In this document: piece after piece, positions 63,456 to 64,000 of the stretch | Layout of the letters: every line of letters starts with the position of its first letter | How positions within the stretch are numbered: the stretch's first letter is position 1 | Assembly: GCF_006345805.1 (NCBI RefSeq) | Contig: NC_043000.1 | Coordinates: 112,778,001-112,842,000 of the forward strand | Source of the DNA: Octopus sinensis | Taxonomy: Eukaryota | Direction: 5' to 3' | DNA length: 64,000 nucleotides | The notes under the pieces: generated by a model | Databases searched by the model: none | What the model was told of the DNA's origin: nothing | Seen by the model: the letters and a program-made list of their open reading frames with translations, nothing else | Position numbers and translations under genes: made by a program

Positions 63456-64000
63456 TGCCCTGATGCAGTACCAGGCAGTGGCTCTCATGGCTTCTGATCT
63501 TAACTGATTGGAAGTGTTATCACGTACATTGTTTTGTCTTGGTATAAAAGATGGGCTACAGCAAATATTCTGCTCAATACCACAGATTTGCTTGTCAGTT
63601 GTTTGACCTTAACCAGTTGAGCATGTCCCTTAGTGGCTGACGATATGTGCATCTCTGATCACGAGCAGAAGTAGTGGGGGAGCATCATAGCCATGTGCTG
63701 AGAGGGATTCTTTGGGGTTTGAATAGTTCACCTCTGGAAACATGGCTGGTTCTTTCAACATCCTTAAACAACCCTTATTCAGGGACCGTTTGAGCGTGAT
63801 GGGCTACTCAACCTGAAGAAAATTCTAACTGGGCCCCACCTGCAAGGTCATGTGCTGTTTAACTTGATATGAGATCACCATGTCGCGCACATATGGTTGT
63901 GATGCATGTGCCTGGTGTACCTTTATCAGACGGGTAGTCATGATGGGTATATTGGGCTTCGTATATTTTACCCCAGCGTCACTTTGATGGCATGAACTGC
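63456..64000. mobile_element. 555-bp (TAA)n-flanked element, copy 2, cut by window edge
   Basis: Offset 25450 from 38006-38550; preceded by (TAA)n 63340-63454. Confidence 0.9.

Overview
This 64 kb window is AT-rich, microsatellite-saturated eukaryotic DNA. I infer a coleoid cephalopod (Octopus-like) from the tRNA-derived SINE families and composition, but this is not verifiable here. No host protein-coding gene can be supported, and almost all ORFs in the track are artefacts of di-, tri- and tetranucleotide repeats. The real content is mobile-element derived: three decayed mariner copies (one TIR-to-TIR, split by a CR1-type LINE with an 8-bp TSD), CR1/L2- and RTE-type LINE fragments, several R4/Dong-like REL-endonuclease retroelement fragments mostly in or beside (TAA)n arrays, three tRNA-derived SINE families, Helitron-like pieces and a 1.7-kb A4T4-tract satellite. 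The main hidden signal, found by manual folding, is about ten type I hammerhead ribozyme (HHR) motifs from several distinct sequence families, plus three copies of a variant core (CUGUUGA). Two HHRs sit in 282-bp direct repeats spaced 539 nt apart, the architecture of a retrozyme or non-autonomous Penelope-like element. All folds are by eye and untested.
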